This document shows positions 51,811 to 63,396 of a stretch of 64,000 nucleotides of DNA, piece after piece (position 1 is the stretch's first letter; each line of letters begins with the position of its first letter). The stretch spans positions 207,764,001 to 207,828,000 of the forward strand of contig NC_058368.1 of the NCBI RefSeq assembly GCF_018350175.1. Reading direction: 5' to 3'. This DNA is from Felis catus (lineage: Eukaryota). The position numbers and the translations under genes are program-made. The notes beneath the pieces are model-generated. The model saw only the letters and a program-made list of their open reading frames with translations, ran no database searches and was not told the DNA's origin.

Positions 51811-52289
51811 ATAATAATGTGCTTAAAATTGTTTGATTTAATTATTTCACTTAAAATTTTGATCTATAAAGATTAATTGAAGTCTGTCAGGTACAGCCTT
51901 TTGTGCATTCAATAAATTTTAGAATTAAACTTTTAAAAGACAAAAGCCAAGCAAGTTTTTCACTCCACTTTAGGTTAAGAAGGTATTATATAAGAAAGAC
52001 AGAATGTTGTCTTACTCTCTCTGGTATTACTTTCTGAAAACCAGTCATCAGTAAACAGGAGTAGTAGACAGATTCATGAACATTTTTGGGTATGAAACAA
52101 ATAGAAAAAGGAATTTAAATGACAAAGTTACTAATAATCTCTAGTCAACAGGGAAATGTTACTTCTGATAACCAAATAATAGCACAGTTTGGGAAATTAT
52201 TTGGAAAGATACTGCAGATTTTATATTATGAATACTATAGATTTTTTTTTGAAATTCAAATCAGTAATTTCCCTTTTTATCCTTTGTAG

Positions 52290-52372
52290 GTATTATTAAT
52301 TTATGCAAACCTGGAAACTCTGGGATCCAGTCTCTAATTGGAGTACTTTGTATACCAAATATGGAAATAAGG
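52290..52372 (+). CDS. RICTOR: RICTOR exon 11 (83 nt)
   Basis: tttgtag|GTATT...ATAAGG|gtaggt; IINLCKPGNSGIQSLIGVLCIPNMEIR. Confidence 0.97.
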
Positions 52373-52511
52373 GTAGGTAAAAGTTACTCTAATTGTTTTA
52401 TTCCTAGGCTTTTAACAGAGGAGATTATTTGTTCAAAAAAAAAAAAATCTATTTCAGGTGTTGCCTTTTCCTTATTCTATATCATAGGTCATTTAAAAAA
52501 ACACATGAATA

Positions 52512-52725
52512 GGGGTCCCTGGGTGGCTCAGTTAAACGTCCAGCTTCAGCTCAGGTCATGATCTCATGGTTCTTGAGTTCTAACCCGTGTTGGGCTTTGT
52601 GCTGACAGCTCGGAGCCTGGAGCCTGCTTCAGATTCTATGTCTCCCTCTGTGTCTCTGCCCCTCCCCTGTTAATGCTCTGTCTCTCTCTCCAAAAATGAA
52701 TAAACATTAAAAAAAATTTTTAAAC
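52512..52725 (+). mobile_element. CAN-SINE
   Basis: TSD acatgaata. Confidence 0.92.
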
Positions 52726-53369
52726 AAATACATGAATAAATGTATACTGCTTAGTTGAACCCTAAGGATAATGTGAAAAATTTGAAATACTGATGTTGTT
52801 AGGAACTGTGGCTGTATTAAAAACTGGATTAAAATATGAAATCAATTGTACTTTATTCATTAAAAAATGCAAACAATGTGGAAGGGCATTCTCATAAAAG
52901 GTCCAAGCAGTACAGAAATATATTTAGTAAAAACTAAATACAGTATTTATGTATCTTATGCCTTCTAACTTATGTTTTCATAATGTGTATGAGTGGCGGT
53001 TTTGATTAAAATTAGTTTAATATTTATATGCTTATTAGATATATTCATAAATTATTAATGCATAACAATTTATATTAAACAGCTGAAACAAATTGAAATT
53101 GGAGGAAAAAAATTCTTTGGTGGTTCTTCCTTCTCCACGTAAATGTTTTTGTTTTAATTGTGTTCAAAAGAATAAATTTGCCCTTTTCTTGTTTTTCTTT
53201 GTTTGAACCAAACCTGGAGTTTAAAAATATTAGAAAATATTAGCCAATGGTGCCTTGCTTAATGTGAAGTGAAAAGCATTTAGAACGGAAGTGGAAGGAT
53301 GTGATTGTAGATGGAAAGACCTATAAGCAGGGAGCTAAAGGTTAGGGCAATTCACTTGACTGCTTACTT

Positions 53370-53560
53370 AGCAGATGGTGAAAGAACATGGTTTTGGGAG
53401 TCTGGCCAACTCAGATTTGACTCCTGATTTTAGTATTGATAGCTCCATGACCTTGGGAAGATTACTTTTAACCTGTAAATCTATTTTTCCATATCTACTA
53501 CAATGGGATAATAAAAGATTTATTGGAAAGATTAAATCGTGTATATAGTAAGCATGCTGT
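53370..53560 (+). mobile_element. MIR, degenerate
   Basis: ggtgaaagaacatggttttgggagtc...tgaccttgggaag...aatgggataataa. Confidence 0.6.
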
Positions 53561-53775
53561 GGTTATCTCTTGTGTAATATAGGCCTGATATGGTAATTTT
53601 CTTTTCTTTTTTTTTTTTTTTTTTTGGTAATTTTCTAACATACAGTAGTTTTGTCTTTATCAGTAATTTATTCTGTGAATAGGACATTTAAAAAAATCTT
53701 TTCAATTTTTTAGTTTCTTAATTTAAATGATTCATTCCATAAAAATAAATGGACTGTATTTATTTGCACTTGTAG

Positions 53776-53863
53776 CGAGGTTTGCTTGAAGTACTCTATG
53801 ATATATTTCGTCTTCCTCTACCTGTTGTGACTGAAGAATTCATAGAAGCACTGCTTAGTGTAG
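53776..53863 (+). CDS. RICTOR: RICTOR exon 12 (88 nt)
   Basis: cttgtag|CGAGG...GTGTAG|gtaagt; RGLLEVLYDIFRLPLPVVTEEFIEALLSV(D). Confidence 0.97.
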
Positions 53864-54388
53864 GTAAGTATCGAAGTACATTTGTGTCTGTTCCTATATT
53901 GTAATTTTTTAAATGATTTATCTGATAGAGGCAGAGTCCTTTAGAAGCAAAATAGTGAACTAAATATTAAATATCATCTTCTTATTGCATCATCATGGAA
54001 TTGATATGAAAATAAAATGTCAAATAAATTTCTAAAAATAAGGAATTAAAAATTTTTTCCCATGACCCTAGCTGTTGCATATGAACAGTGAAATTAATAG
54101 AAAGATGGACAAATTTGAAAGGAAGAGAGGAGATAAGAAACTGATGTCATTCTCAGATTAGATTATCTCATTCTCATTTCGTTTTAGCCAAGTGACTCCT
54201 AAGTCCCAAAATGAAAGAAGTTTAGATCTGTGTACATCAAGAAATCAGTTTTTTCTGTATGCCTTTTCAGTCTATTTATTTAACTAACATTTTAAAACAT
54301 TATTTATAGCCTGACTAGCTGATGGTTAACTGATATGTTTTAGTGATTTTTTTCATTTTTTTCTAACCACCTGGTTTTAACTATTTAG

Positions 54389-54479
54389 ATCCAGGCAGAT
54401 TCCAAGACAGTTGGAGGCTTTCAGATGGCTTTGTAGCAGCCGAGGCAAAAACTATTCTTCCTCATCGTGCCAGATCCAG
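54389..54479 (+). CDS. RICTOR: RICTOR exon 13 (91 nt)
   Basis: tatttag|ATCCA...TCCAG|gtagaa; PGRFQDSWRLSDGFVAAEAKTILPHRARS(R). Confidence 0.97.
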
Positions 54480-54586
54480 GTAGAATTTTGAGAAATAGTT
54501 CAAATTTATTAGTTACTGTTTTTATGTTCAATTATGTAATCTATTGAACAGTATTTAAACTGTTTCTGTGCTGTGTTTATTTCTAG

Positions 54587-54653
54587 GCCAGACCTCATGG
54601 ATAATTACTTGGCGCTGATACTCTCTGCATTTATTCGTAATGGACTTCTAGAG
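54587..54653 (+). CDS. RICTOR: RICTOR exon 14 (67 nt), non-canonical GC donor
   Basis: tttctag|GCCAGAC...CTAGAG|gcaaga; PDLMDNYLALILSAFIRNGLLE; protein continuity into exon 15 requires the GC donor. Confidence 0.94.
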
Positions 54654-54798
54654 GCAAGACTTAATAAACCTTAACTTTATTTTATTTTTTAAAATTTTCT
54701 CTGCCAGAGTTCTTTCAGAGCAACAGGCATATACGATGCATACATTTCTTCCTAGATACTATTTTGCAACTATAATATTTTCTTTCTTATTTTCAAAG

Positions 54799-54879
54799 GG
54801 CTTGGTTGAAGTGATAACAAACAGTGATGACCATATCTCAGTTAGAGCTACCATCCTCTTAGGAGAGCTTCTCCATATG
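54799..54879 (+). CDS. RICTOR: RICTOR exon 15 (81 nt)
   Basis: ttcaaag|GGCTTG...CATATG|gtaagt; GLVEVITNSDDHISVRATILLGELLHM. Confidence 0.96.
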
Positions 54880-55037
54880 GTAAGTTCACAACTCCTGGTT
54901 ATGTTTCATACCATTTACTGTTTTAATTTATAAAAAGGTTATTTTAATAATGTTACTTTGTAGTACCTCAAAAAGTAAAGTTCATTTTTTATTTGTCTTT
55001 ACATTGCAAAGAGCCTTGATGCCTTGTATTTATCTAT

Positions 55038-55039
<2 letters not shown>

Positions 55040-55085
<46 letters not shown>
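55040..55085. repeat. (GT)n microsatellite
   Basis: about 23 units. Confidence 0.95.
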
Positions 55086-55087
<2 letters not shown>

Positions 55088-55147
55088 TTATGTATAGGCT
55101 AGTTTTATAAATGGAACAAATGTAAAAATTAAAAAGTACTGAATATT

Positions 55148-55369
55148 GGGACGCCTGGGTGGCTTAGTCTGTTGAGCGTCCGACTTCGGCTCAGGTCATG
55201 ATCTCACAGTCTGTGACTTCGAGCCCCACATCGTGCTCTGTGCTGACAGCTTGGAGCCTGGAGCCTATTTCAGATTCTGTGTCTCCCTCTCTTTCTGCCC
55301 CTCCCCTGCTCATGTTCTGTCTCTGTCTCAAAATAAATAAAAAACATTAAAAATAAAAAAAATTTTAAT
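55148..55369 (+). mobile_element. CAN-SINE
   Basis: TSD aagtactgaatatt 55134-55147/55370-55383. Confidence 0.94.
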
Positions 55370-55538
55370 AAGTACTGAATATTGATTTTTATAGTCACTT
55401 TTGATACTGACATTTTGAGTCCTATAAATCTTAATGTATCTCAGAAAGATATTCTGCCTAATAAGCAAGAAATTACAAAACTAGATATTTTTATCAGGTA
55501 GCAGTAGAAATAATATGGCAATCAGTGCCTGAATTTTA

Positions 55539-55921
55539 TTCATTATATTTTTTAAATATTTCTTGTGTCGAGTTAGCCTAACAAGCAGCATATACAGTGT
55601 GCTCTTAGCTTTGGGAGTAGATTCCCATGATTCATCGCTTACGTTCAACACCCGTGCTCATCCTAACAAGTACCCTCCTCCATGCCCATTACCCATTTTC
55701 CCCACACTCCCCTCTCGCCCCATCAACCCTCAGTTCTCTGTATTTAAGAGTCTCATGATTTGCCTCCCTCTCTGTAACAGTTTTTTTCCCTTCCCTTCTC
55801 TCATGGTCTTCCGTCAAGTTTCTCAGATTCCACATATGAGTGAAAACATATGATATCTTTCTTTCTCTGACTTATTTCACTTAGCATAATACCCTCCAGT
55901 TCCATCCACATTGTTGCAAAT
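55539..55921 (-). mobile_element. 5'-truncated carnivore L1 3' end, antisense
   Basis: cagattccacatatgagtgaaaacata...gacttatttcacttagcataataccctccagttccatcca; TSD agtgcct(g/c)aatttta 55524-55538/55922-55936. Confidence 0.9.
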
Positions 55922-56427
55922 AGTGCCTCAATTTTAGAAAACTTTGTGAAAATTTTCTAAATAGAACTCCCTTGTTTGAACACATTTTTCTCTGCACACT
56001 TGTGGGTTGAGGTTTAGAGGGTGAGAATCTTTTTTTTTTTTTTTTTTTGCCTTGATTTTTGTGACATAAGTAACTTCTGGAAAAAAGGAGCTAATAAAGT
56101 GATCTGACCATCCTCTAGTCCCAGCAAATCAAGGAATGGGAGAACCGATTGTTTGCAAGATAGAAATTCCTGTTTCTAGGTCACCTATTTGTTAATAGAA
56201 TGCTAAATAAAAGGAACAACTTTAAATTCATTAAGGAAGAAGTAACCCTGTGGCAGATATTTTAAAATTATGTTATGGTTTTCTCTTATTGGCAGAATAC
56301 TTTTTATTTATGTTGTTTCAGTCCTCCCCCACCCCTAGTGTTTTGTATTTTTTTTTTTTTCCACATAGCAGCTGGGCTCTGTGAGTGAGATAAAGAGAAT
56401 TTAACAGAGTTTAAGAACTGTCTTGTT

Positions 56428-56658
56428 GGGGCGCCTGGGTGGCTCAGTCGGTTAAGCGGCCGACTTCGGCTCAGGTCATGATCTTGCAGTCCGTGAGTTC
56501 GAGCCCCGCATCGGGCTCTGTATTGACAGCTCAGAGCCTGGAGCCTGTTTCAGATTCTGTGTCTCCCTCTCTCTGACCCTCCCCTGTTCATGCTCTGTCT
56601 CTCCCTGTCTCAAAAATAAATAAAACGTTAAAAAAATAAAAATAAAACTAAAAAAAAA
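56428..56658 (+). mobile_element. SINEC_Fc-type SINE
   Basis: TSD aagaactgtcttgtt 56413-56427/56659-56673. Confidence 0.95.
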
Positions 56659-57327
56659 AAGAACTGTCTTGTTTATCAGGGAGTTGTTCAGCCGTGTGCT
56701 GCATTCTCATTCAGCCTATCCATGGAGGAATTAAGTAATATTACAGGTTTCTCAGATCTGATTTTTATTTTAATTCTTAGTATATCATTTTCTATAAGGT
56801 TATCAATATCTAGAATTAGTTGCTTTTAAATGAAGGATTTTTTAAAAATAAATTTCATCTGTTCCTTTCCTCCCTGACCAGAGTTCTATGATTCCCTTGA
56901 AATATAAAAGCTGGTCATTTTAAGTATATTGGTGTTAGTTCATTGTTCATTATCTTTCTTCATTGATAGAAAGCAAATTGAGTGGTGGGTTTTGTTTAGA
57001 AAGCAGGATTAATTATAGCACTGGATCTAAGTTTTGATATGTAATCCTTTTAAATCATTTAAGAATTGAATTTAATTGATTACTGCTTAAAAATTATAAA
57101 ATTATAATATAGGATCTATAAAATTTGGAGTTTTATTAATGTGAGTCTGTATCTTTATTCTGTCTCATCCTTGTTGAAAGTAGATAAGATAAAAAACTAT
57201 AAATAAGTGTACTGGAAAGTCATTAAGTTAATTTCATGAGTAAAGCCTTTAGTATTTTATCTATGGATATTCTAGAGTAAAATATTTCTACTTATCAACT
57301 CTTAAAAAATGTTATGTTTCATCTTAG

Positions 57328-57428
57328 GCAAATACAATTCTTCCTCATTCACATAGCCATCATTTGCACTGCCTGCCAACCCTAATGAATATGGCCGCAT
57401 CTTTTGATATCCCCAAGGAAAAGAGACT
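57328..57428 (+). CDS. RICTOR: RICTOR exon 16 (101 nt)
   Basis: atcttag|GCAAAT...AGACT|gtaagt; ANTILPHSHSHHLHCLPTLMNMAASFDIPKEKR(L). Confidence 0.97.
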
Positions 57429-57819
57429 GTAAGTATCAGAGCTCTGTAGCAAAGATTGTGTCTGATATTAATACCCACTTAGATGACCTTCTCTTCTTTT
57501 TAAAATTTTTTAGGTTTTTTTTAATTGTTTTTTTAGGGAAGCCTCATAGGTAAAGGAAAATTAATAGTATTATTTAATAATTTGTATTTTAGGCTACCAA
57601 GTATTATAGTTTAGTAAAATCAGGTTTTTCTTGCATATTTCTGGACAAGGACATCCATCTACTTCATCATTAAAATTGTTGGTTGAGAATTTTTTTGACT
57701 GTTTTATGTTTTCAGCAGCAATTCAGGCTCTTTTTTTAATGTCTAAAATATTTCAAGTTAACAAAGCACAAATATTAACAATGTATTCTTTTATGTGTGT
57801 AATTAAAAATGTTGAAATT

Positions 57820-58040
57820 GGGGCGCCTGGGTGGCGCAGTCAGTTAAGCGTCCGACTTCAGCCAGGTCACGATCTCGCGGTCCGGGAGTTTGAGCCCCGC
57901 GTCAGGCTCTGGGCTGATGGCTCAGAGCCTGGAGCCTGTTTCCGATTCTGTGTCTCCCTCTCTCTCTGCCCCTCCCCCGTTCATGCTCTGTCTCTCTCTG
58001 TCCCAAAAAATAAATAAACGTTGAAAAAAAAAATTAAAAA
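57820..58040 (+). mobile_element. young SINEC_Fc
   Basis: TSD aaaaatgttgaaatt 57805-57819/58041-58055. Confidence 0.96.
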
Positions 58041-58430
58041 AAAAATGTTGAAATTTAGTAACTCATACTGTAGGCATTGAAGTAAACTAAACTCTTAGTA
58101 CCGAAGTAGATACTACAAACAGAATTTTTAACCAAGAGTATGGTAATACAGCTGTAGCTCTGGTGGAATTTCAGTGCTAATAATAACATATAATTTAAAA
58201 GGTAAAGATGAAGAAGCTTGATTGGAAAGTGCTAGTAGGAATCTTTTCATTTAGTTAAGATTATGTCTAAGCAGGGGTGTTTTTTCCTTTTTTTTTTTTT
58301 TATTCTGCCTATTATCAGAGAAATCTATATATTTGGACTTTTTTTGGTAACGTTAGTAAAATGCAGTTCATTAGCTATTCAGAACTATGAATTTTTATTA
58401 ACAGTTCCACATTTCTTCAAAGTTAGCTTT

Positions 58431-58705
58431 TGGGTGCCTGGGTGGCTCAGTTGTTAGGCATCTGACTTTGGCTCAGGTCATGATCTCATAGTTGGTGAGT
58501 TTGAGCCACACATCAGGTGAGCTCAAGCCCTGCATTGGGTAACACATGAGCCCCGCTTCGGGTGAGCACAAACCCCGCTTCGGGCTCAGCTCGTGCCCTG
58601 CTTTGGGTAAAACACAAGCCCTGGGTGAGCCCTGCTTCTCTCTCTCTCTCTCTCTCTCTCTGCCCCTTGCTCATTTGTACCCTCTCTGTCTCTCAAAAAA
58701 AAAAA
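58431..58705 (+). mobile_element. CAN-SINE variant with internal 22-23 nt tandem array (SINEC_Fc3-like)
   Basis: SINE head, then about 7 degenerate GGTGAG...AGCCC.GCTTCG units, CT tract and A tail. Confidence 0.85.
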
Positions 58706-58888
58706 GTTTTTTAAATTCAAAAGTACATATACGGGCCTCACTATAAATAAATAATGTATTTACTTATTAATTTTAATTTTACCTATGAATATACTATTAC
58801 TTAGTAGACTGAAGATCCCTAAAAGCCATAGGGATCATCTGTCTCAGTTCTAACTCTAGGCTTCCATTAGTACTGATAGCTTTCAACT

Positions 58889-59005
58889 TTTTTCTTTGTT
58901 AAATGTATTAATGTAAACAATCTCTACATCCAATGTGGGGTTCAAACTCATGACCCTGAGATCAAGAGCAGTATGCGGTACTGACTGAGCCAGTCAGGTC
59001 TCCCC
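58889..59005 (-). mobile_element. short CAN-SINE
   Basis: gtggggttcaaactcatgaccctgagatcaagag...gactgagccag. Confidence 0.8.
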
Positions 59006-59825
59006 TTTCAGTTTTTATTTTAGTAGTTAACATGATGGAAAAATGTATTTCCCAAAGCCTGGTAGACCTAAACTCTCTGGGTTAGATTATGGCCATGAAT
59101 TTTAGGGTTTATGAAGAATTCAAATTTACCTTCAAAATTTCAGTAACAACAGTCTTATAATGGCTTTTGTTTTTGTTTTTCTTAGCCCAGCAAGCTCTCT
59201 TTACTTCTAAATACTTGCTAATCTGAACACATCTCAAGGTTTTTAAATTTAAATCTGATTTGTATTTACCAGAACTTCTGTAGTTGAGACTTGATTGCCA
59301 CCAGATTCTTGAGAACTGTGCTTTTATGTACCACAAACAAGGAATTAAAAACAATATGTGAAAGGATACCATTTACAGTTGTAGATCAATGGGGGAAGTA
59401 GAGACTGTACAGGTTGATACTGGAATCATCGATTATCCACAGGGAGTAGAAATGAAATATTCCAGTGTCATACCATAAATAAAAATCAGTTTCAGATGTA
59501 TTAAGGATTTAAATGTGAAAAGCGAGTTTTTTAAACTTTTATAAGAAAATAGAGAACACTAGATTTCAGACTTTGTAGTTCTTAAAACCAATGATATAAA
59601 AAGTGCCCACCGCCACAGGAAAAATGATTAGTAAATACATATTTAGTTGGCTCTAAATAATTTGTGTTTCTTCATACAAATCAGCAGTGTTCTTGATATT
59701 TTTTTTCTTTGTGGTTCCAAATTTGATTAAATGATTTACTTTTTAGTAACAATCTCTGGCCTTGAATTTATATATTTTACTAGAGTAATTTACCAGATTG
59801 ATCTCTTTAAAATTATGCTAGCTTT

Positions 59826-60071
<246 letters not shown>

Positions 60072-60118
60072 ATAATGCTAACTTTGCTACAGAACTAATT
60101 CAGTTTTTTTTTCATTAG

Positions 60119-60284
60119 GCGAGCCAGTGCAGCCTTGAACTGTTTAAAACGCTTCCATGAAATGAAGAAACGAGGACCTAAGCCTTACAGCCTCCATTTA
60201 GATCACATTATTCAGAAAGCAATTGCAACACACCAGAAACGGGATCAGTATCTCCGAGTCCAGAAAGATATATTTGTTCTTAAG
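60119..60284 (+). CDS. RICTOR: RICTOR exon 17 (166 nt)
   Basis: tcattag|GCGAGCC...CTTAAG|gtactg; RASAALNCLKRFHEMKKRGPKPYSLHLDHIIQKAIATHQKRDQYLRVQKDIFVLK. Confidence 0.97.
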
Positions 60285-60590
60285 GTACTGACATGAAATA
60301 CCTCAGGTTTTAACTTAGTTTCCTAATTTTTTAGCCGATGGATTTTAATGTGCATATACTTGCTTGAGTTTGCAGTTTTATTCATGCTTATGGATCTTCA
60401 AATGGCATTTCAGTTTTATAATGACCAGGTAGTTTAGAGCTATGTTTTTATAACTTTTTAAAGTTAAAAAGCCTTCACAATTCATCCTTAAATGAAAAAT
60501 CTTTCTTTTTGTTTTTAAAATTTGAACTTAGTCTTCTCAATGTGAAGATAATTTGCTTTAATTTTTCTTATTACTTTCTGATGGTCTTAG

Positions 60591-60692
60591 GATACAGAGG
60601 AAGCTCTTTTAATGAACCTTAGAGATAGCCAAGTCCTTCAACATAAAGAGAATCTTGAATGGAATTGGAATCTTATAGGGACCATTCTTAAG
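60591..60692 (+). CDS. RICTOR: RICTOR exon 18 (102 nt)
   Basis: gtcttag|GATACA...CTTAAG|gtatgg; DTEEALLMNLRDSQVLQHKENLEWNWNLIGTILK. Confidence 0.97.
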
Positions 60693-60814
60693 GTATGGCA
60701 GGATACTTCTTGGTCATGGTTTGATTGGCTTCATTTTATTATTGTAATTCATCACAATTAAATGTTTGGGAATTGATAAATACATATATGATATAACATA
60801 TTATGTTTTTCTAG

Positions 60815-60861
60815 TGGCCAAATGTAAATCTAAGAAACTATAAAGATGAACAGTTGCACAG
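60815..60861 (+). CDS. RICTOR: RICTOR exon 19 (47 nt)
   Basis: tttctag|TGGCCA...CACAG|gtatgt; WPNVNLRNYKDEQLH(R). Confidence 0.97.
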
Positions 60862-62130
60862 GTATGTAACAACTGTTTTGCATTTAAATCAAAAGAACTT
60901 AGATTTGAATTATATTATGCCTAATACCCATGAAAAGTAATAATTGGTATTTTAAAGATACATACATACATTTTAGTGGTTGGTATTTAGTAGGTACATG
61001 TATACATTTTTGAGTTTTAGTCTTATAACCCAAAATATTCAGCTAATTCTTTTTCTAGTTATTTATATTTTGGTTTTAGTTTTAGAACACTTGATGTACT
61101 TCAGATAAAAGTTTCTCAGATTGGGGTAATATCAACCATATGGTAATCTTAACCTTAATGTCTGAGGATGACATAATAAGGACATAGTGTTTCCCTCTGA
61201 AAATGATGGCCATTTTTACTGTTCTGCTATGTGCATTTGCATCTGGCTTTGGAGGGTTATCCATATGTCCTCCTTTTTACATTCCCCTTAACCAAGTTGA
61301 TGCTCTCCACACTTTTTATAAAACAAGCTAATGTTCGTGGCATATGCAGTACTTAAGCTTTGTGCTGCTCTCTAGTACCGTGTGCATTTGTGTTATCCTG
61401 AGTTTAGACTAATCAACCACCAGTACTGATCTCATTTAATAAAATGGCCTTCATGTTTTTGAAAAGTTCATGTCCTTAATTATTATTTGGTTGTATTCAT
61501 CTACTCATAATGCTTAACTTAATATCTGTATGTGGAATATATATGAAACATATAAATTTACACTGGAATAAAGAAGCATAGCACTAACTTCTCATACTGC
61601 TTGAGAACAAAGATGAAGTCTCATTCAACTTTGTTTCTCCAAATCCTGAGTTTGGCACCTTTATTGGACTGAATTGTAGTGCATGAAATTATATTGAACT
61701 AAGTTAGATGGAAGCTTAGACCATAATGTTGAAAGTTATAAAGCTGAAAGATCACTAATTGTATTCATTGCTTTATAAATTAAGTTGCCTGAATTTTTCC
61801 TGCAACTTTTATGCTTGACCTTTTGTCTAATTGTGAAAAACTGACAGAATTGTAGTATGATACATTTTGCTTACAATTATCTAGTGTAAGATTATTTTAT
61901 AGAGTCATGGAACAGAGATCGTCACAAAATACAGAAGAAAGCTTATATTCAGGTGGCTTCTTCATATATTTATCTAGCCTTATCTTCTAGCTAGTTATGT
62001 TATATCTGCATTTTTCCGGCTAGCATCTTTGCTCTCTACTATATCTTTCAGGCATCTCACCATAAAATTATTTCACAAACTGTTCTTGATAACTAAGGTG
62101 TTTTTTTGGTTGGTTTTTGTTTTTTTATTG

Positions 62131-62131
<1 letters not shown>

Positions 62132-62155
<24 letters not shown>
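62132..62155. repeat. (GT)n microsatellite
   Basis: about 12 units. Confidence 0.9.
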
Positions 62156-62161
<6 letters not shown>

Positions 62162-62310
62162 CGCATGTGTGTAATGTACCAAATATGTTTGTTCCTTGCC
62201 ATTTACTATAGTGGTTTAAACACAAAACATATTCAAAATCTTGTATGATAAGCTATGACTAAGTAATTGTTTGGCTTCTTACTTTGTTGCTAATTTTATT
62301 TTGGTCTTAG

Positions 62311-62446
62311 GTTTGTGCGAAGACTACTTTACTTCTACAAGCCCAGCAGTAAATTATATGCCAACCTGGATCTGGATTTTGCCAAGTCTAAGCAGCTCAC
62401 AGTTGTGGGTTGTCAATTTACAGAATTTCTTCTTGAGTCCGAAGAG
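62311..62446 (+). CDS. RICTOR: RICTOR exon 20 (136 nt)
   Basis: gtcttag|GTTTGTG...GAAGAG|gtaatg; FVRRLLYFYKPSSKLYANLDLDFAKSKQLTVVGCQFTEFLLESEE. Confidence 0.97.
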
Positions 62447-62529
62447 GTAATGAGCATTTTGAATATTATCCTGGGCAAATGTTTTTCATTGAATTAACCC
62501 TCTTCCTTTTATTTCTGAGTATGCATAAG

Positions 62530-62710
62530 TTGTGTTTAGTAGCATACAGAATGAGCCCAGACCTAGATTTGAATCCTGACTTTGCCACTAGCTAGTTATG
62601 TGACTCTGGACGAGTTACGTGCCTTCTAGAAAACCTGTTTTCTTACTTGTTAAGTGGAAGATAATATCATCTTCATCTTCATATAGCATTGTGAAATGAA
62701 GAAGTACTCA
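62530..62710 (+). mobile_element. MIR
   Basis: cagacctagatttgaatcctgactttgccactagctagttatgtgactctggacgagtta. Confidence 0.7.
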
Positions 62711-62836
62711 GTGATTGGTATCTGTTGTTAGTAACTTCATCATTATCTCTAAATTTTTTGGACTTGATTACAGTTAATTTTTCTAATTATAAGCAAAAGT
62801 GCTTTTCTAATAATAACACAATGTATTTTCTTTTAG

Positions 62837-63036
62837 GATGGGCAAGGATACTTAGAAGATCTAGTAAAGGATATTGTTCAGTGGCTCAATGCCTCATCTG
62901 GAATGAAACCTGAACGAAGTCTTCAGAATAATGGTTTATTGACTACCCTTAGTCAACACTACTTTTTATTTATTGGAACACTTTCTTGCCACCCTCATGG
63001 AGTCAAAATGCTGGAAAAATGCAGTGTATTTCAGTG
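62837..63036 (+). CDS. RICTOR: RICTOR exon 21 (200 nt)
   Basis: cttttag|GATGGG...CAGTG|gtgaat; DGQGYLEDLVKDIVQWLNASSGMKPERSLQNNGLLTTLSQHYFLFIGTLSCHPHGVKMLEKCSVFQ(C). Confidence 0.97.
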
Positions 63037-63269
63037 GTGAATATCCTTAGTTCTGTTTCAAAATATACCTGAACTTTATTTTTAATGTACTCAGAAATGG
63101 TATGCTTTTTATTCTGTGTACATGTATTTAGTAAGTTTTATTAAAATACAAAAAAAAAAAAAAATAGAGTTATCTTGCTGCTTTGTTATTCCTTTTTATG
63201 TGATATTTATCATTAAATGCTTTTTTGTAGAAATGCTTGTTTATATTTTCATCTTTTTTTTTTTTTTAG

Positions 63270-63396
63270 TCTCCTTAACCTCTGTTCCTTGAAAAATCAA
63301 GATCACTTGCTGAAACTGACTGTTTCTAGCTTGGATTATAGCAGAGATGGATTGGCAAGAGTCATCCTTTCCAAAATCCTTACTGCAGCTACTGAT
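63270..63396 (+). CDS. RICTOR: RICTOR exon 22 (127 nt)
   Basis: ttttag|TCTCCTT...ACTGAT|gtgagt; LLNLCSLKNQDHLLKLTVSSLDYSRDGLARVILSKILTAATD. Confidence 0.97.

Noticed and set aside
58494..58637. CRISPR-like repeat array
   Set aside because: Mammalian DNA; units are contiguous degenerate SINE-internal repeats without spacers or cas genes
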